From positions 6,386,001 through 6,450,000 of the forward strand of contig JBHGNT010000016.1 of the NCBI GenBank assembly GCA_043228905.1: DNA of 64,000 nt, read 5' to 3'. Position 1 is the first letter of the stretch, and the number at the start of each line of letters is the position of its first letter. The notes beneath the pieces were generated by a model. That model worked only from the letters and a program-made list of their open reading frames with translations. It had not been told where the DNA came from and ran no database searches. A program made the position numbers and the translations under genes. The stretch comes from Azolla caroliniana. Taxonomy: Eukaryota > Plantae > Polypodiophyta. This document shows positions 36,235 to 46,385 of this stretch, in pieces.

Positions 36235-36239
36235 AATTG

Positions 36240-36695
36240 TGTTACCCGTTCCTTTGGGTGAACACCTTCGATAGATCTGCGTCTATCGGTCTTCAAGGGC
36301 GTGGTACGTGAAGGCTCGTAATAGAGGCATTGAGAGAGATACAGGGCTCAGAGAGAAAACACTAGCGAGGTCTTGATAGACGTGGCGGCGTGAAACTCAT
36401 AGGTATGGATCAAAGCACAGACTCATGCAGCAAAAATAGGCACAAATAAGATATATTACTATGGCAGAAAAGATTACAGAACACGACCTATGGCCGGTGA
36501 CCTTACGAGTTTATCTAATCTCGAATGACTAAGCTAGTGCTTCCGCCTATAGTTTTCTTCTCTCCCCTTCTGAGGTACTGCTCCTCGTTTAAATAACCTT
36601 TCCCCTAATACACCGTCGAGCCGTCAGTGGCCCGTGATACTCGGACTCGGCGTTTGCTAATTTCCTAATTTTACATTTCTGTCCCCTGGACAACA
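36240..36695 (-). repeat. 5' LTR of the non-chromovirus Gypsy
   Basis: tgttaccc...gacaaca; matches 20839-21294; TATTTAAA on the minus strand. Confidence 0.95.
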
Positions 36696-36700
36696 AAGTC

Positions 36701-37805
36701 GAGCTTGCTAGATGAGGAGGCACGTCGGAAAGATAAGGATACGAGCTCTGATGCCAAAGCGCTCCTTGCCGAATCGGAATGCGGAAGACAAAGAAACCGT
36801 AGTCCCCAGAACCGGGAAAAGTCGGGGACACGGTCAAAGTCAAGGGGGAGGCCTACTTGCTTCTATTGTGGCAAGCCGAGACACTTCCAGAAGAACTGTC
36901 GACATTTCCGGAAAGACAAGGAAACCGACGGTACCGATTCGAAGCGGACACCGGACCGAAACGGTAAAGACCGGAGGGGGCCGGACCGGAAGGGAACAAC
37001 GGCAATCGCGGCAAGTGAAGAAGAGTTGATGCTCATCACCGAGGAGAGTGAGCTAAACCTTGCCGGCGACGAGATGACCTGGGTGGTCGACTCCGGAGTG
37101 TCGTTCCACCTTACCCCGGACCGGAAATGCTTCTCATCCTACTCAACCAGTGATCACGGATGTGTCCGGATGGGGAATGAAGGTACATGCCGAATTGTCG
37201 GCATAGGAGACGTGTGGCTGTCAACACCAACTGGATGCAAGATGCTATTGAAGGATGTCCGACACGTTCCGGAGGTTCGACTGAACCTGATATCAGCCGG
37301 TCGGCTAGATGATGAAGGATACACGGGTAGCATCCGGAACGGTGTTATGAAGTTTTGCAAAGGGAGCCTGATTGTGGCTCGGGCCCGGAAGGTCAACACC
37401 CTGTACCTGATGAATGCCCGGTTATGTCTGGAGGAAGTGAACGTAGCATCCGACACTGTCGGTGAGCTCCGGTAAACAAAACCGGACCTCCTTCCGATCG
37501 AGGCCACCGATGAGACGTAATGCACCACTGGAGTTGGTGCATACTGATGTGTGTCAAGTGGACACGAAGTCACATGCAGGATCGCAGTACTTCGTGACGT
37601 TCATAGATGACCACAACCGGAAGCTGTGGGCCACACCGTTGAAGACGAAGGATCGGGTGCTATCCGTCTTCAAAGAGCTCCACGCGAGAGTGGAAAGAGA
37701 AACCGGCCGGAAGTTGAAGGTGGTTCGAGCAAATAATGGAGGTGAATACCGGGGGCAGTTCGAGGAGTACTGTCGCTCGAAGGGAATCCGGCTCGAATTT
37801 ACCGT
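36701..37805 (+). pseudogene. Copia 2 gag C-terminus, protease and integrase start
   Basis: CFYCGKPRHFQKNC, WVVDSG, LELVHTDVC, FVTFIDD; deletion of the GAG-pre-integrase region near 37472. Confidence 0.9.
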
Positions 37806-38485
37806 TGTTGTGAAGATTTTCGTCCATAGGCGGAAAACCGAGCGAAGTAAGCAAACCCGCGATGTGCAACGTTGCACATCAAGATGTTGTATTTCTATTT
37901 GTCGATAGTGATAAGTGTGGTGCTAGAAATGCACCTTAGGATTTGTAAAGTGTAAAGGTGATGTGCTTTTCGCGCACATCCACGTGAGAGAGAGAGATAG
38001 GTACATAGTAGTTCGTGTAGAGGTGGGAGTTAAGACCCATCCTTCCCTCCTCCCCTAAAATCAAGGGAAATATCCCCATTGATTGAAAGGGGATATTTTG
38101 TAGCACCCTTTTTGAAAACGGTCTTCTCTCCTTGTGCTATAAAAGGAGAGGAAGAGCACCATTGTGGGGGTTGCCTTATTTTGGAGTGTGAGTGAGGTAT
38201 ACCATTTCGTCTAGGGTTCCTTAGTTAGGGTTTCTTTTCTTCTTCGTCGGATTAGGGTTTCGGGTTTATCATAGTCGTTCGGTGCGGCCTACGTGGCCGC
38301 CATTTTGTAATCGGTTTTTGGTTCTAATATATCTTGTTGAGCATTTGGCCTCCATCTTCCTCTTGTTCATTCTTTCTCTTCTTGTGCTAAGCTCCATTCC
38401 GAAGTCCTATCCCTTCTCCCCTTCTCCTTAGTCCAAGACCCCCGTGGTTCCGCCCTTCTCCACGCACGCGCGTAACAACGCGACA
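37806..38485 (+). repeat. 5' LTR of the gag-only element
   Basis: tgttgtgaag...acgcgaca; TATAAAAG at ~38138. Confidence 0.95.
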
Positions 38486-38489
38486 TCTT

Positions 38490-38507
38490 TGGTGAACCCG
38501 ACGTGAA
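38490..38507 (+). promoter_or_regulatory. Primer binding site, tRNA-Trp
   Basis: TGGTGAACCCGACGTGAA, the 18-nt complement of the plant cytosolic tRNA-Trp 3' end TTCACGTCGGGTTCACCA (from memory). Confidence 0.85.
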
Positions 38508-38527
38508 GGGCGGCAAGGGAGAAAGAG

Positions 38528-41500
38528 ATGGAAGAAGGCTTCGACTTCGAGGAGATGATGACAAAGATCTTGATGGACGCCGGACGGAAGAGGGCGAGGC
38601 GAGAGGCGGCTCAACAAGCGGTCGAAAGGGTGGTCCGTCTAGTCGGCCGGTTCGATGGGAAGGAGGTCCCAAAATTTTTGAGAGCCTACGATGCGGAAAT
38701 GACGAGGATGGGCGTGGACGAAGCGACGAGGCTAGAGTTCTTTCGTCGAGCGGCGGCCGCATCAAAGCACGAGGAGGTCAAGGAGCTCCAAGAAGCTCAC
38801 GAATCGTGGGAGTCCTTTGAAGGGGCTCTAATGGAGGCATACGGGTGCGCGGAATCGGAGGTAAGAGGTCAGCGAGAGTTCGATCGGTGGGTGGCGTCGG
38901 CGAGGCGCCATCGGAGCGCAATGGAGGCATTCCGAGAGTTCGAGCGTCGTTTCTCTCAACTCTCGGAGTGGGAACGAAGATCGGTGGGGGCGGACAAAGT
39001 CCTCCTATTTTTGGAGACGGTCCATCATGAGGAGAGGATGGACATCATGTTCGAGCTTCAAGACGATTATGGGGCGCATGGTCTCACCGAGGAGTGGCCC
39101 GAAGTGGAATGGGTGTGTCGGCAACATGAGGCGAGGCGGTCGGCCACAACACGGCCCGCGAGCGGGGGAGAAGAGAGAGCGACAACCGACTACGCCATGC
39201 CGCCGGACGAGAGCTCATCGCGAACCGGTTTGGAGGGGCCCGACCTACAAGCGCTAATACGGGAGGCGTGCGGGCTCGTAATGGCGAAAATCGAAGCCGA
39301 AGAATGGCTTATGGCGGGGTCGGGCCCGAGCGGATCGGAGGACGCGGAGGAAGGAGCTTCCTCACACATGGAGGACGGGGCCTATGCGGAGGCCGAAAGA
39401 GAATGGTACATCGGTACCACGGGAGAGGGTGCGGAGCGAGCCGCCCTCTCAACATGGGGGAAAAGAACGACCGAGGACGAGGTCGGGGACGGTGAGGCGG
39501 CGATCGCCGATTCGAGCGGACATGGCGGATTCGGGACACGGTGGCCCGAATCATCGAGTACGGAGGAGACAAGCAGAGGTACCGCAACCTTCCACGCACC
39601 GGTTCGAGAGACCACGGCGGCCGGCCCGAGCGCCCGCGAGAGACCGAGGGAGAAGAACGGTGGCGGCGGCAAGGAGGGCAACCGAGACAACGGTAAGGAG
39701 ACCGCGGAAGAGGCGGCGGCAAGCATAACCGATGCTTGCATATACGGAGGCGGGGTAGCCACGGACAACGACGTCCGAGCGGAGGTGGCTACGGACATTA
39801 CATCGACGAGCGGCGGTCCCGCGACCTTACACGCGTCATTCCTAGAGATCACGGCGGCCGGCCCGAGTGCCCGCGTAAGACCTATGGTGAAAGGCGGTGG
39901 CGGTGGCAAGGCGGGCGACCACGGCGTCAACACGAGAGAAGGTGCGGAGCAAGCGACCGTCTCATCTCGGGGAAAAAGAACGGCCATGGACGAGGCCGAT
40001 ATCTACGGAGCGATGGACGCCACTTCGAGAGTGGGCGGAAGTTTCGGGACGCGGTTGCCCGAAACGTTCTACGAGGATTTCGCGAGCATACTCGAGGCTT
40101 GCGAAATGGAGGAGGAAGACGAAACGAGCGATGGTGTCGCGACCTTCCACACACCGGCCCTAGGGGCTTCGGCGGTCGGCCCGAGTGCCGGCACGAGACC
40201 TAGAGCTACGGACGGTGGCGGCGGCAAGGCGGACAACCCAGATGAGGACGAGACCGGCGAAGAAGAGGCGGCGGCAAGCATACTCAATGCTTGCGAAACC
40301 GAAGACGGGGTAGCCACGGACGACGATGTCCGAATGGAGGTGGCTACGGACGAGAGGAGTGGTGGTGTCGCGACCTTCCACACACCGGTCCTAGAAACTC
40401 CGGCACCCGGCCCGAGAGCCGGCGAGAGGCCTAGAGTGACGGACGGTGGCGGCGGCAAGGCGGGCAACCGAAACGACGACGACATGGGAGAGGGTGCGGA
40501 GCGAGCAACCCTCTCGTCTTGCGGCGAATGGACGGCCAAGGATGAGGCCGGTGACTACAAAGCGGAGAGCGCCACTTCGAAAGTGGGCGGAAGATTCGGG
40601 GCACGGCGGCCCAAAACATCGAGCGGAGAGGAGGCGAGCGGTGGTGCCGCGACCTTCCACACACCGGCCCTAGAGGCTTCGGCGGTCGGCCCGAGTGCCG
40701 GCACGAGACCTAGAACGACGGGCGGTGGCGGTGGCAAGGCGGGCAAACAAAATGACGCGGAGAACGGCGAAGAAGAGGTGGTGGCAAGCATACTAGAGGC
40801 TTACGGAATCGAAGATGGGGGAGCTGCGGACAACGACGTCCGAACGAAAGCGGCTACGGAGACAACAAGCGGCGGTGCCGGGTCCTTACCCACACCAATC
40901 CTAGAGGCTCCAATGGCCAGCCCGAGTGCCGGCATGAGGCTTAGTGCGACGGGAGGTGACGGCGGCAAGGCGGGCAACGGAAACGAGAAGGAAGATTGGA
41001 GCGGACGGAGGCAAGACCCCTTGACACCGGGGCCGGAGACTTCGGCGGTTGTGCTCGAATGCCAACGTGAGACCGGAGAGATGGGCGGTGACCATGAGGA
41101 GGTGAGGCCCGGAGAGAGCGGATACGAAGACGAGTATGCGGGGCCCGGAATGGGCGTATACGGTGGGTCCGACGGAGAGGACCGGAGCGGAAACGAGGAG
41201 AGAGTCGGGAACCGACCCGACCGGAATACGGCACGGAAGAAAAAGAGAGTAAGGGCCGGCGAATCGGGCCCAAACCGAAGGAAGCCGGCGAGACCGATTG
41301 GCCGGTTACGGTTACGGTTACGGTTACGATGGGAGCCGGAAAGCGCGAGATGGAGGTTAACCGGGCACGACGACCATGGTTCGGGGGAAAAACGGAAACA
41401 AACGAGACCCTCCATACCCACTCTAGAGACTACGGCGGTTGCGGATCAACATGAGACCGGAGAAACGGCGGGTGGCGGCGAGGAGTCGGAGGCCGGAGCG

Positions 41501-42787
41501 TACGAGGTTACCGGAACGGATATCCGGTACGAGATGGTGGACGGGTGGGTCCAAGACGGCGAGCCCATGTCGGAACGGGCTACGGCGACAAAGGAGGAGA
41601 AGACCGACATGGAGGTCGGGTCTATGGCGGAAGAACGAGACGAGATGCATGCAATACGGCCGATGGAGGGCCAAGAGACAAGCATGCCTACGAAGGAGCC
41701 ACATCGAGCGACCGAAGATGACGGTCGGATCACGCCTTCGAGAGGCGAATACGAGGAGGAAGGCGGCGACGACAAGACCTGGCACGATGCTAGGGAAGAT
41801 TGGTGGGAAGAGGTGGCCTACGGAGAGGCTAAGACCGGCGGCCACGAAGATAAGGCCCGAGAGGGGTCCTCCGCACCGGCTATAGAGACTCCGGCGGTCG
41901 GCGCGAGTGCCGACGTGAGACCAAGAGTGGCGGACGGTGGCGGCGAGGGGACGAAGGCCACAACGGATGAAGGCACCGAGAGAGGCATACGGGAGGTCGC
42001 GGAGAACGAAGATGTATGCGCCCAAAAGAACGAACACGACATCACGAAGGATGTGTGCGGTCGAGCGGGCCAAGAGGGCCAAGAGGGTGTTCCTCCGAGC
42101 GAAACGGAGGTCGGGGAAGAAAGGTACCTTTCCGAAAAGGTACGCGAAGAGGAGCGGAATGCGAAACGTGCAATGCGGCCGCATGAGGGCCAAGCAACGA
42201 GCACGGGAACGATGGTATGCTCTACGGCGAGAGAGCACGGCAAGCAAAGGGAAGGCGAAAAATGCGTGATGGGGTCATCGAAGGACCGAAGCACGAGCAC
42301 GCATTCGGAGGACGACACCGACGTACGGGGAAAGCCTACGGAAGGCAAGCGCGGAGCGAGAAGAGTCGGCACGACGAGGTGCGCGGCACGAAAAAGGCGG
42401 ATCCGGAGGATATGCGAGGCGGACAAAGGGTCGGCAACGGCGTTCGGGAGGACCGATCGGGGAAGAAAGCGCGGGCATCGGAAACGGCGGTCCGGATGTA
42501 GACGGTGGTTCGAGGAAACACGGTGGACGTGGCGGATCGGGTGGAGGCCACGACTCGGCGAGCGTCGTCAAGTGTGGCGGATCGGATGGAGCCGACGGTT
42601 CGAGACCATTCGGCGGAGATGGTGGGCCGGAAGGCGACGGTGGTTCGTGTGGACGGGGTGGACTTGCTCGAAGTGGAAGACTAAGCCGGGCAAGCCCACG
42701 AGGTTGTCAAGGGCTCGGTTGGCCGCCTTGGCCGAAAATCTCGCGTTTTGTTCCCCTTTTGGCACATACCGGTGGATGTGCGGTTAG
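38528..42787 (+). CDS. 1419-aa ORF: Gag-capsid-like N-terminus, long acidic Gly/Ala/Thr repeat region, Arg/Trp-rich C-terminus
   Basis: Uninterrupted ORF filling the element from PBS to PPT; GRFDGKEVPKFLRAY...SWESFEGALMEAY...FREFERRF resembles retrotransposon Gag; repeats of ATFHTP..E.....GPSA..RPR...GGGGK. Confidence 0.75.
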   Translation: MEEGFDFEEMMTKILMDAGRKRARREAAQQAVERVVRLVGRFDGKEVPKFLRAYDAEMTRMGVDEATRLEFFRRAAAASKHEEVKELQEAHESWESFEGALMEAYGCAESEVRGQREFDRWVASARRHRSAMEAFREFERRFSQLSEWERRSVGADKVLLFLETVHHEERMDIMFELQDDYGAHGLTEEWPEVEWVCRQHEARRSATTRPASGGEERATTDYAMPPDESSSRTGLEGPDLQALIREACGLVMAKIEAEEWLMAGSGPSGSEDAEEGASSHMEDGAYAEAEREWYIGTTGEGAERAALSTWGKRTTEDEVGDGEAAIADSSGHGGFGTRWPESSSTEETSRGTATFHAPVRETTAAGPSARERPREKNGGGGKEGNRDNGKETAEEAAASITDACIYGGGVATDNDVRAEVATDITSTSGGPATLHASFLEITAAGPSARVRPMVKGGGGGKAGDHGVNTREGAEQATVSSRGKRTAMDEADIYGAMDATSRVGGSFGTRLPETFYEDFASILEACEMEEEDETSDGVATFHTPALGASAVGPSAGTRPRATDGGGGKADNPDEDETGEEEAAASILNACETEDGVATDDDVRMEVATDERSGGVATFHTPVLETPAPGPRAGERPRVTDGGGGKAGNRNDDDMGEGAERATLSSCGEWTAKDEAGDYKAESATSKVGGRFGARRPKTSSGEEASGGAATFHTPALEASAVGPSAGTRPRTTGGGGGKAGKQNDAENGEEEVVASILEAYGIEDGGAADNDVRTKAATETTSGGAGSLPTPILEAPMASPSAGMRLSATGGDGGKAGNGNEKEDWSGRRQDPLTPGPETSAVVLECQRETGEMGGDHEEVRPGESGYEDEYAGPGMGVYGGSDGEDRSGNEERVGNRPDRNTARKKKRVRAGESGPNRRKPARPIGRLRLRLRLRWEPESARWRLTGHDDHGSGEKRKQTRPSIPTLETTAVADQHETGETAGGGEESEAGAYEVTGTDIRYEMVDGWVQDGEPMSERATATKEEKTDMEVGSMAEERDEMHAIRPMEGQETSMPTKEPHRATEDDGRITPSRGEYEEEGGDDKTWHDAREDWWEEVAYGEAKTGGHEDKAREGSSAPAIETPAVGASADVRPRVADGGGEGTKATTDEGTERGIREVAENEDVCAQKNEHDITKDVCGRAGQEGQEGVPPSETEVGEERYLSEKVREEERNAKRAMRPHEGQATSTGTMVCSTAREHGKQREGEKCVMGSSKDRSTSTHSEDDTDVRGKPTEGKRGARRVGTTRCAARKRRIRRICEADKGSATAFGRTDRGRKRGHRKRRSGCRRWFEETRWTWRIGWRPRLGERRQVWRIGWSRRFETIRRRWWAGRRRWFVWTGWTCSKWKTKPGKPTRLSRARLAALAENLAFCSPFGTYRWMCG

Positions 42788-42798
42788 GTGGGGGCGGA

Positions 42799-43478
42799 TG
42801 TCGTGAAGATTTTCGTCCATAGGCGGAAAACCGAGCGAAGTAAGCAAACCCGCGATGTGCAACGTTGCACATCAAGATGTTGTATTTCTATTTGTCGATA
42901 GTGATAAGTGTGGTGCTAGAAATGCACCTTAGGATTTGTAAAGTGTAAAGGTGATGTGCTTTTCGCGCACATCCACGTGAGAGAGAGAGATAGGTACATA
43001 GTAGTTCGTGTAGAGGTGGGAGTTAAGACCCATCCTTCCCTCCTCCCCTAAAATCAAGGGAAATATCCCCATTGATTGAAAGGGGATATTTTGTAGCACC
43101 CTTTTTGAAAACGGTCTTCTCTCCTTGTGCTATAAAAGGAGAGGAAGAGCACCATTGTGGGGGTTGCCTTATTTTGGAGTGTGAGTGAGGTATACCATTT
43201 CGTCTAGGGTTCCTTAGTTAGGGTTTCTTTTCTTCTTCGTCGGATTAGGGTTTCGGGTTTATCATAGTCGTTCGGTGCGGCCTACGCGGCCGCCATTTTG
43301 TAATCGGTTTTTGGTTCTAATATATCTTGTTGAGCATTTGGCCTCCATCTTCCTCTTGTTCATTCTTTCTCTTCTTGTGCTAAGCTCCATTCCGAAGTCC
43401 TATCCCTTCTCCCCTTCTCCTTAGTCCAAGACCCCCGTGGTTCCGCCCTTCTCCACGCACGCGCGTAACAACGCGACA
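42799..43478 (+). repeat. 3' LTR of the gag-only element
   Basis: tgtcgtgaag...acgcgaca; near-identical to 37806-38485. Confidence 0.95.
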
Positions 43479-43482
43479 CCGT

Positions 43483-45153
43483 GTTGAAGACGTCGGAACT
43501 AAACGGGCTGGCCGAGAGGATGAATCAGACCATAATGGAGAGGGTCTGGAGTATGTTGGTGCATGCAAAACTACCCAAGAAGTTTTGGGCTGAGGCACTG
43601 TCGACGGCGACATATGTGATAAACAGATCACCCTCAGTACCCTTGGACGGAGACATGCCGCAGAGAGTATGGACCGGTAAGGAAGTGTCCTACCGGCATC
43701 TAAAGGTGTTCGGGTGTCTCGCGTATGTGCATGTAGCTAAGGACCGGAGAGGAAAGTTAGATCCAAAGACCCGGCCATGCATATTCCTCGGTTACGGCGA
43801 CGATGAGTTTGGCTACCGAGTGTGGGACCCGGTTGACAAGAAGGTATTCCGGAGTCGAGATATTATCTTCATGGAGGACAAGACGCTCGCCGACTGGGAG
43901 TCGGAGAAGAAGATAATGAACTCCGAGTCGATCGGTAAGGATGCCGAACCGGCAGAAGAAGAAGTAGAGGAAGCTGAAACCGGAACCGGCCAAGACCCCG
44001 AATCGGATTCGGATGAAGAGCAAATGGAGGAGCCGGTTACCGAAGCCCAAAGACGGAGATATCCTCTTAGAGAGAGAAGGCCCCCCCGGAGATTTCCGAA
44101 TGTAGAGCATGTGCTGCTAACCAATGAGGGGGAGCCAAAAAGCTTCGAAGAAGCGAAGGATGACACCCACAGTCGCAAATGGTTAAGTGCCATGCATGAT
44201 GAGATGGATTCCCTACATGAGAACCATACGTACAAATTGATGGAGTTGCCGAAAGGAAAGCGGGCACTCCGTAACAAATGGGTGTACAAGTTAAAACCGG
44301 GAGATGCCGGCAACCCCCCGAGATACAAAGCCAGGATCGTGGTGAAGGGGTTCCAGCAGAAGAAGGGCGTGGACTTCGACGAGATATTTGCCCCGGTAGT
44401 AAAGATGACCTCCATCCGGACGGTGCTGAGTATAGCGGCAAGCATGGACCTTGAGGTAGAGCAGCTGGACGTGAAGACGACATTCCTTCACGGTGACCTT
44501 GAAGAGGAGATCTACATGCAGCAACCGGAAGGATTCGTGGAGAAAGGGAAGGAGCACCTGGTATGCCGGTTGAAGAAGAGCCTGTACGGACTGAAGCATG
44601 CTCCCCGACAATGGTACCAGAAGTTCGACTCCTTCATGACCGATCAAGGGTACCACAAGACGCAGGCCGATCACTGCGTGTTTGTGAAGAAGTTCGAAGG
44701 AAGCGACTTCCTGATACTCCTTCTGTACGTGGACGACATGTTGATCGTCAGACGGGACCAAGCCAAAATACGGATGCTGAAGAAGGCTCTCAATCGAACC
44801 TTCGCAATGAAAGACTTGGGTCCGGCAAGACAGATGCTGGGGATGCATATCATCCGGAACCGGCCAACGAAGCAATTGTGGCTGTCACAGGAGAAATACG
44901 TGACAAAGGTGCTTCAAAGGTTCAACATGTCAGATGCGAAACCGGTCGGATCGACACTCCCGACAAACTACAGATTATCCGGTAAGCAAAGCCCGAAGAT
45001 GAAAGTAGAGAAGGCTGATATGATGAAGGTTCCATATGCCTCTGCCGTCGGGAGCTTAATGTACGCAATGGTGTGTACCCGACCGGATATAGGATACGCA
45101 GTCAAAGTGGTGAGCCGGTTTATGAGCAATCCCGGCAAGGAGCACTGGAACGC
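43483..45153 (+). pseudogene. Copia 2 integrase C-part and reverse transcriptase
   Basis: NGLAERMN, FWAEA, LKVFGC, RYKARIVVKGF, QLDVKT, LYVDDML, CTRPDI. Confidence 0.93.
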
Positions 45154-45717
45154 TGTCGTGAAGAAAACCGGCCATAGGCGGATTCGGAGAGAAAGGCGCG
45201 TGAACCGGCTCTTACACGGGTGGACGTGTAACTTGATATTTTGTACCCGATTCATAAACGGATCGGTGGGTGAAATACGAGGTGGCACGCATTTATCAGG
45301 GGATTGTGCGTATAACTGTTAGAGGGAGGGGAGGATAGGGAATAAAAGGGACTTGACAAGAGAAGAAAGATATCGCGCGTAAGGAGGAGGAAGGACGTTG
45401 CTACAAAACGGAGGCCGGAGCTGTCTCTCTGCTGCTCTCAAATTGTCGCTCTCTGCGTGTGTCAGGAGGTCGTTGCCTCTGCTTCGTGGACAGCCCGTGT
45501 GCTTCCAGCAGAGTCGCTCCCCTTACCCGCTTTTTTTTCGTTTCCTCGAGTCGGGTGACTATCGTCGGTGTGCGTGAGTAGGGTCCCCGTGTTGGGTCTG
45601 TCGCCGCTTTGTCGGTTGTAATCGTCAGAGTTTGTAATCTCTGTCATTATAATTAAGTGTTGTGTTTTGTCTCTCTCTTTCTCGCTTCTACGGGCCAGTG
45701 AATCTTTCTCTCTCTCC

Positions 45718-45759
<42 letters not shown>

Positions 45760-45821
45760 CCTCGGTCCAAGACCCCCGTGGTCCCGCCCCTTTCTACACG
45801 TACGCGCGTTACAACGCGACA
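45154..45821 (+). mobile_element. Solo LTR related to the gag-only element family; 4-bp TSD ACGC/ACAC
   Basis: Shares the termini tgtcgtgaag and gtccaagacccccgtggt..cgccc...acgcgcgt.acaacgcgaca with 42799-43478; removing it restores Copia HWNAVKWIL. Confidence 0.88.
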
Positions 45822-45825
45822 ACAC

Positions 45826-46375
45826 GGTCAAATGGATACTCTGGTACTTAAAGGGCACTTCGGATATGTGTCTTCGATTCGGCTCCGGAAAACCTCAACT
45901 TGACGGTTTTACCAATTCGGACATGTCGGCTGATGTGGATACCAGTCGGTCTACATCCGAGTATGTAATGACATATGTAGGGGGAGCTGTTTCGTGGCAG
46001 TCGAGGCTGCAGAAGACGGTTGCGTTGTCAACCATGGAGGCGGAGTACATGGCGGTTGTGGAAGCCGGCAAGGAAATATTATGGATGAAGGACTTCATCG
46101 GAGAGCTCGGTATCCGGCAAGATGAATACCGGCTCTATTGTGACAGTCAAAGTGCCATCCACCTTGCTAAGAATGCAACCTACCATTCCCGAACGAAGCA
46201 TATCCAGCGAAGGTATCACTGGATCTGGGAAAGAGTAGATGACCAGGAGTTCGCGCTGACGAAGATCCACACGGCCGAGAACGGGTCAGATATGCTGACC
46301 AAAGGGCTGATACCCGACAAGCTGGAAGCCTGCCGGAAGCGGATCGGACTAGTGAGACATCCCATGCCGGAGTGA
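45826..46375 (+). pseudogene. Copia 2 RNase H
   Basis: VSWQSRLQKTVALSTMEAEY, YCDSQSAI, HSRTKHI, SDMLTK. Confidence 0.92.
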
Positions 46376-46385
46376 AGGGGGAGTT

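Larger units (their letters stand above)
20839..36695 (-). mobile_element. Non-chromovirus Ty3/Gypsy element (Athila/Tat-related inferred) with an extra 3' ORF; TSD AAGTC
   Basis: 456-bp LTRs at 20839-21294 and 36240-36695 with about a dozen differences; AAGTC at 20834-20838 and 36696-36700; minus-strand gag, PR, RT, RH, IN, then ORF3. Confidence 0.95.
37806..43478 (+). mobile_element. Non-autonomous gag-only LTR element (TR-GAG-like), tRNA-Trp PBS, 4-bp TSD CCGT
   Basis: 680-bp LTRs at 37806-38485 and 42799-43478 with only two differences seen; CCGT at 37802-37805 and 43479-43482; PBS 38490-38507; PPT AGGTGGGGGCGGA; no PR/RT/IN motifs. Confidence 0.93.

Noticed and set aside
38528-42787. 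Host gene or domesticated gag
   Set aside because: It is intronless and bounded by near-identical LTRs, PBS, PPT and TSD inside another TE, so it is part of a recent mobile element.
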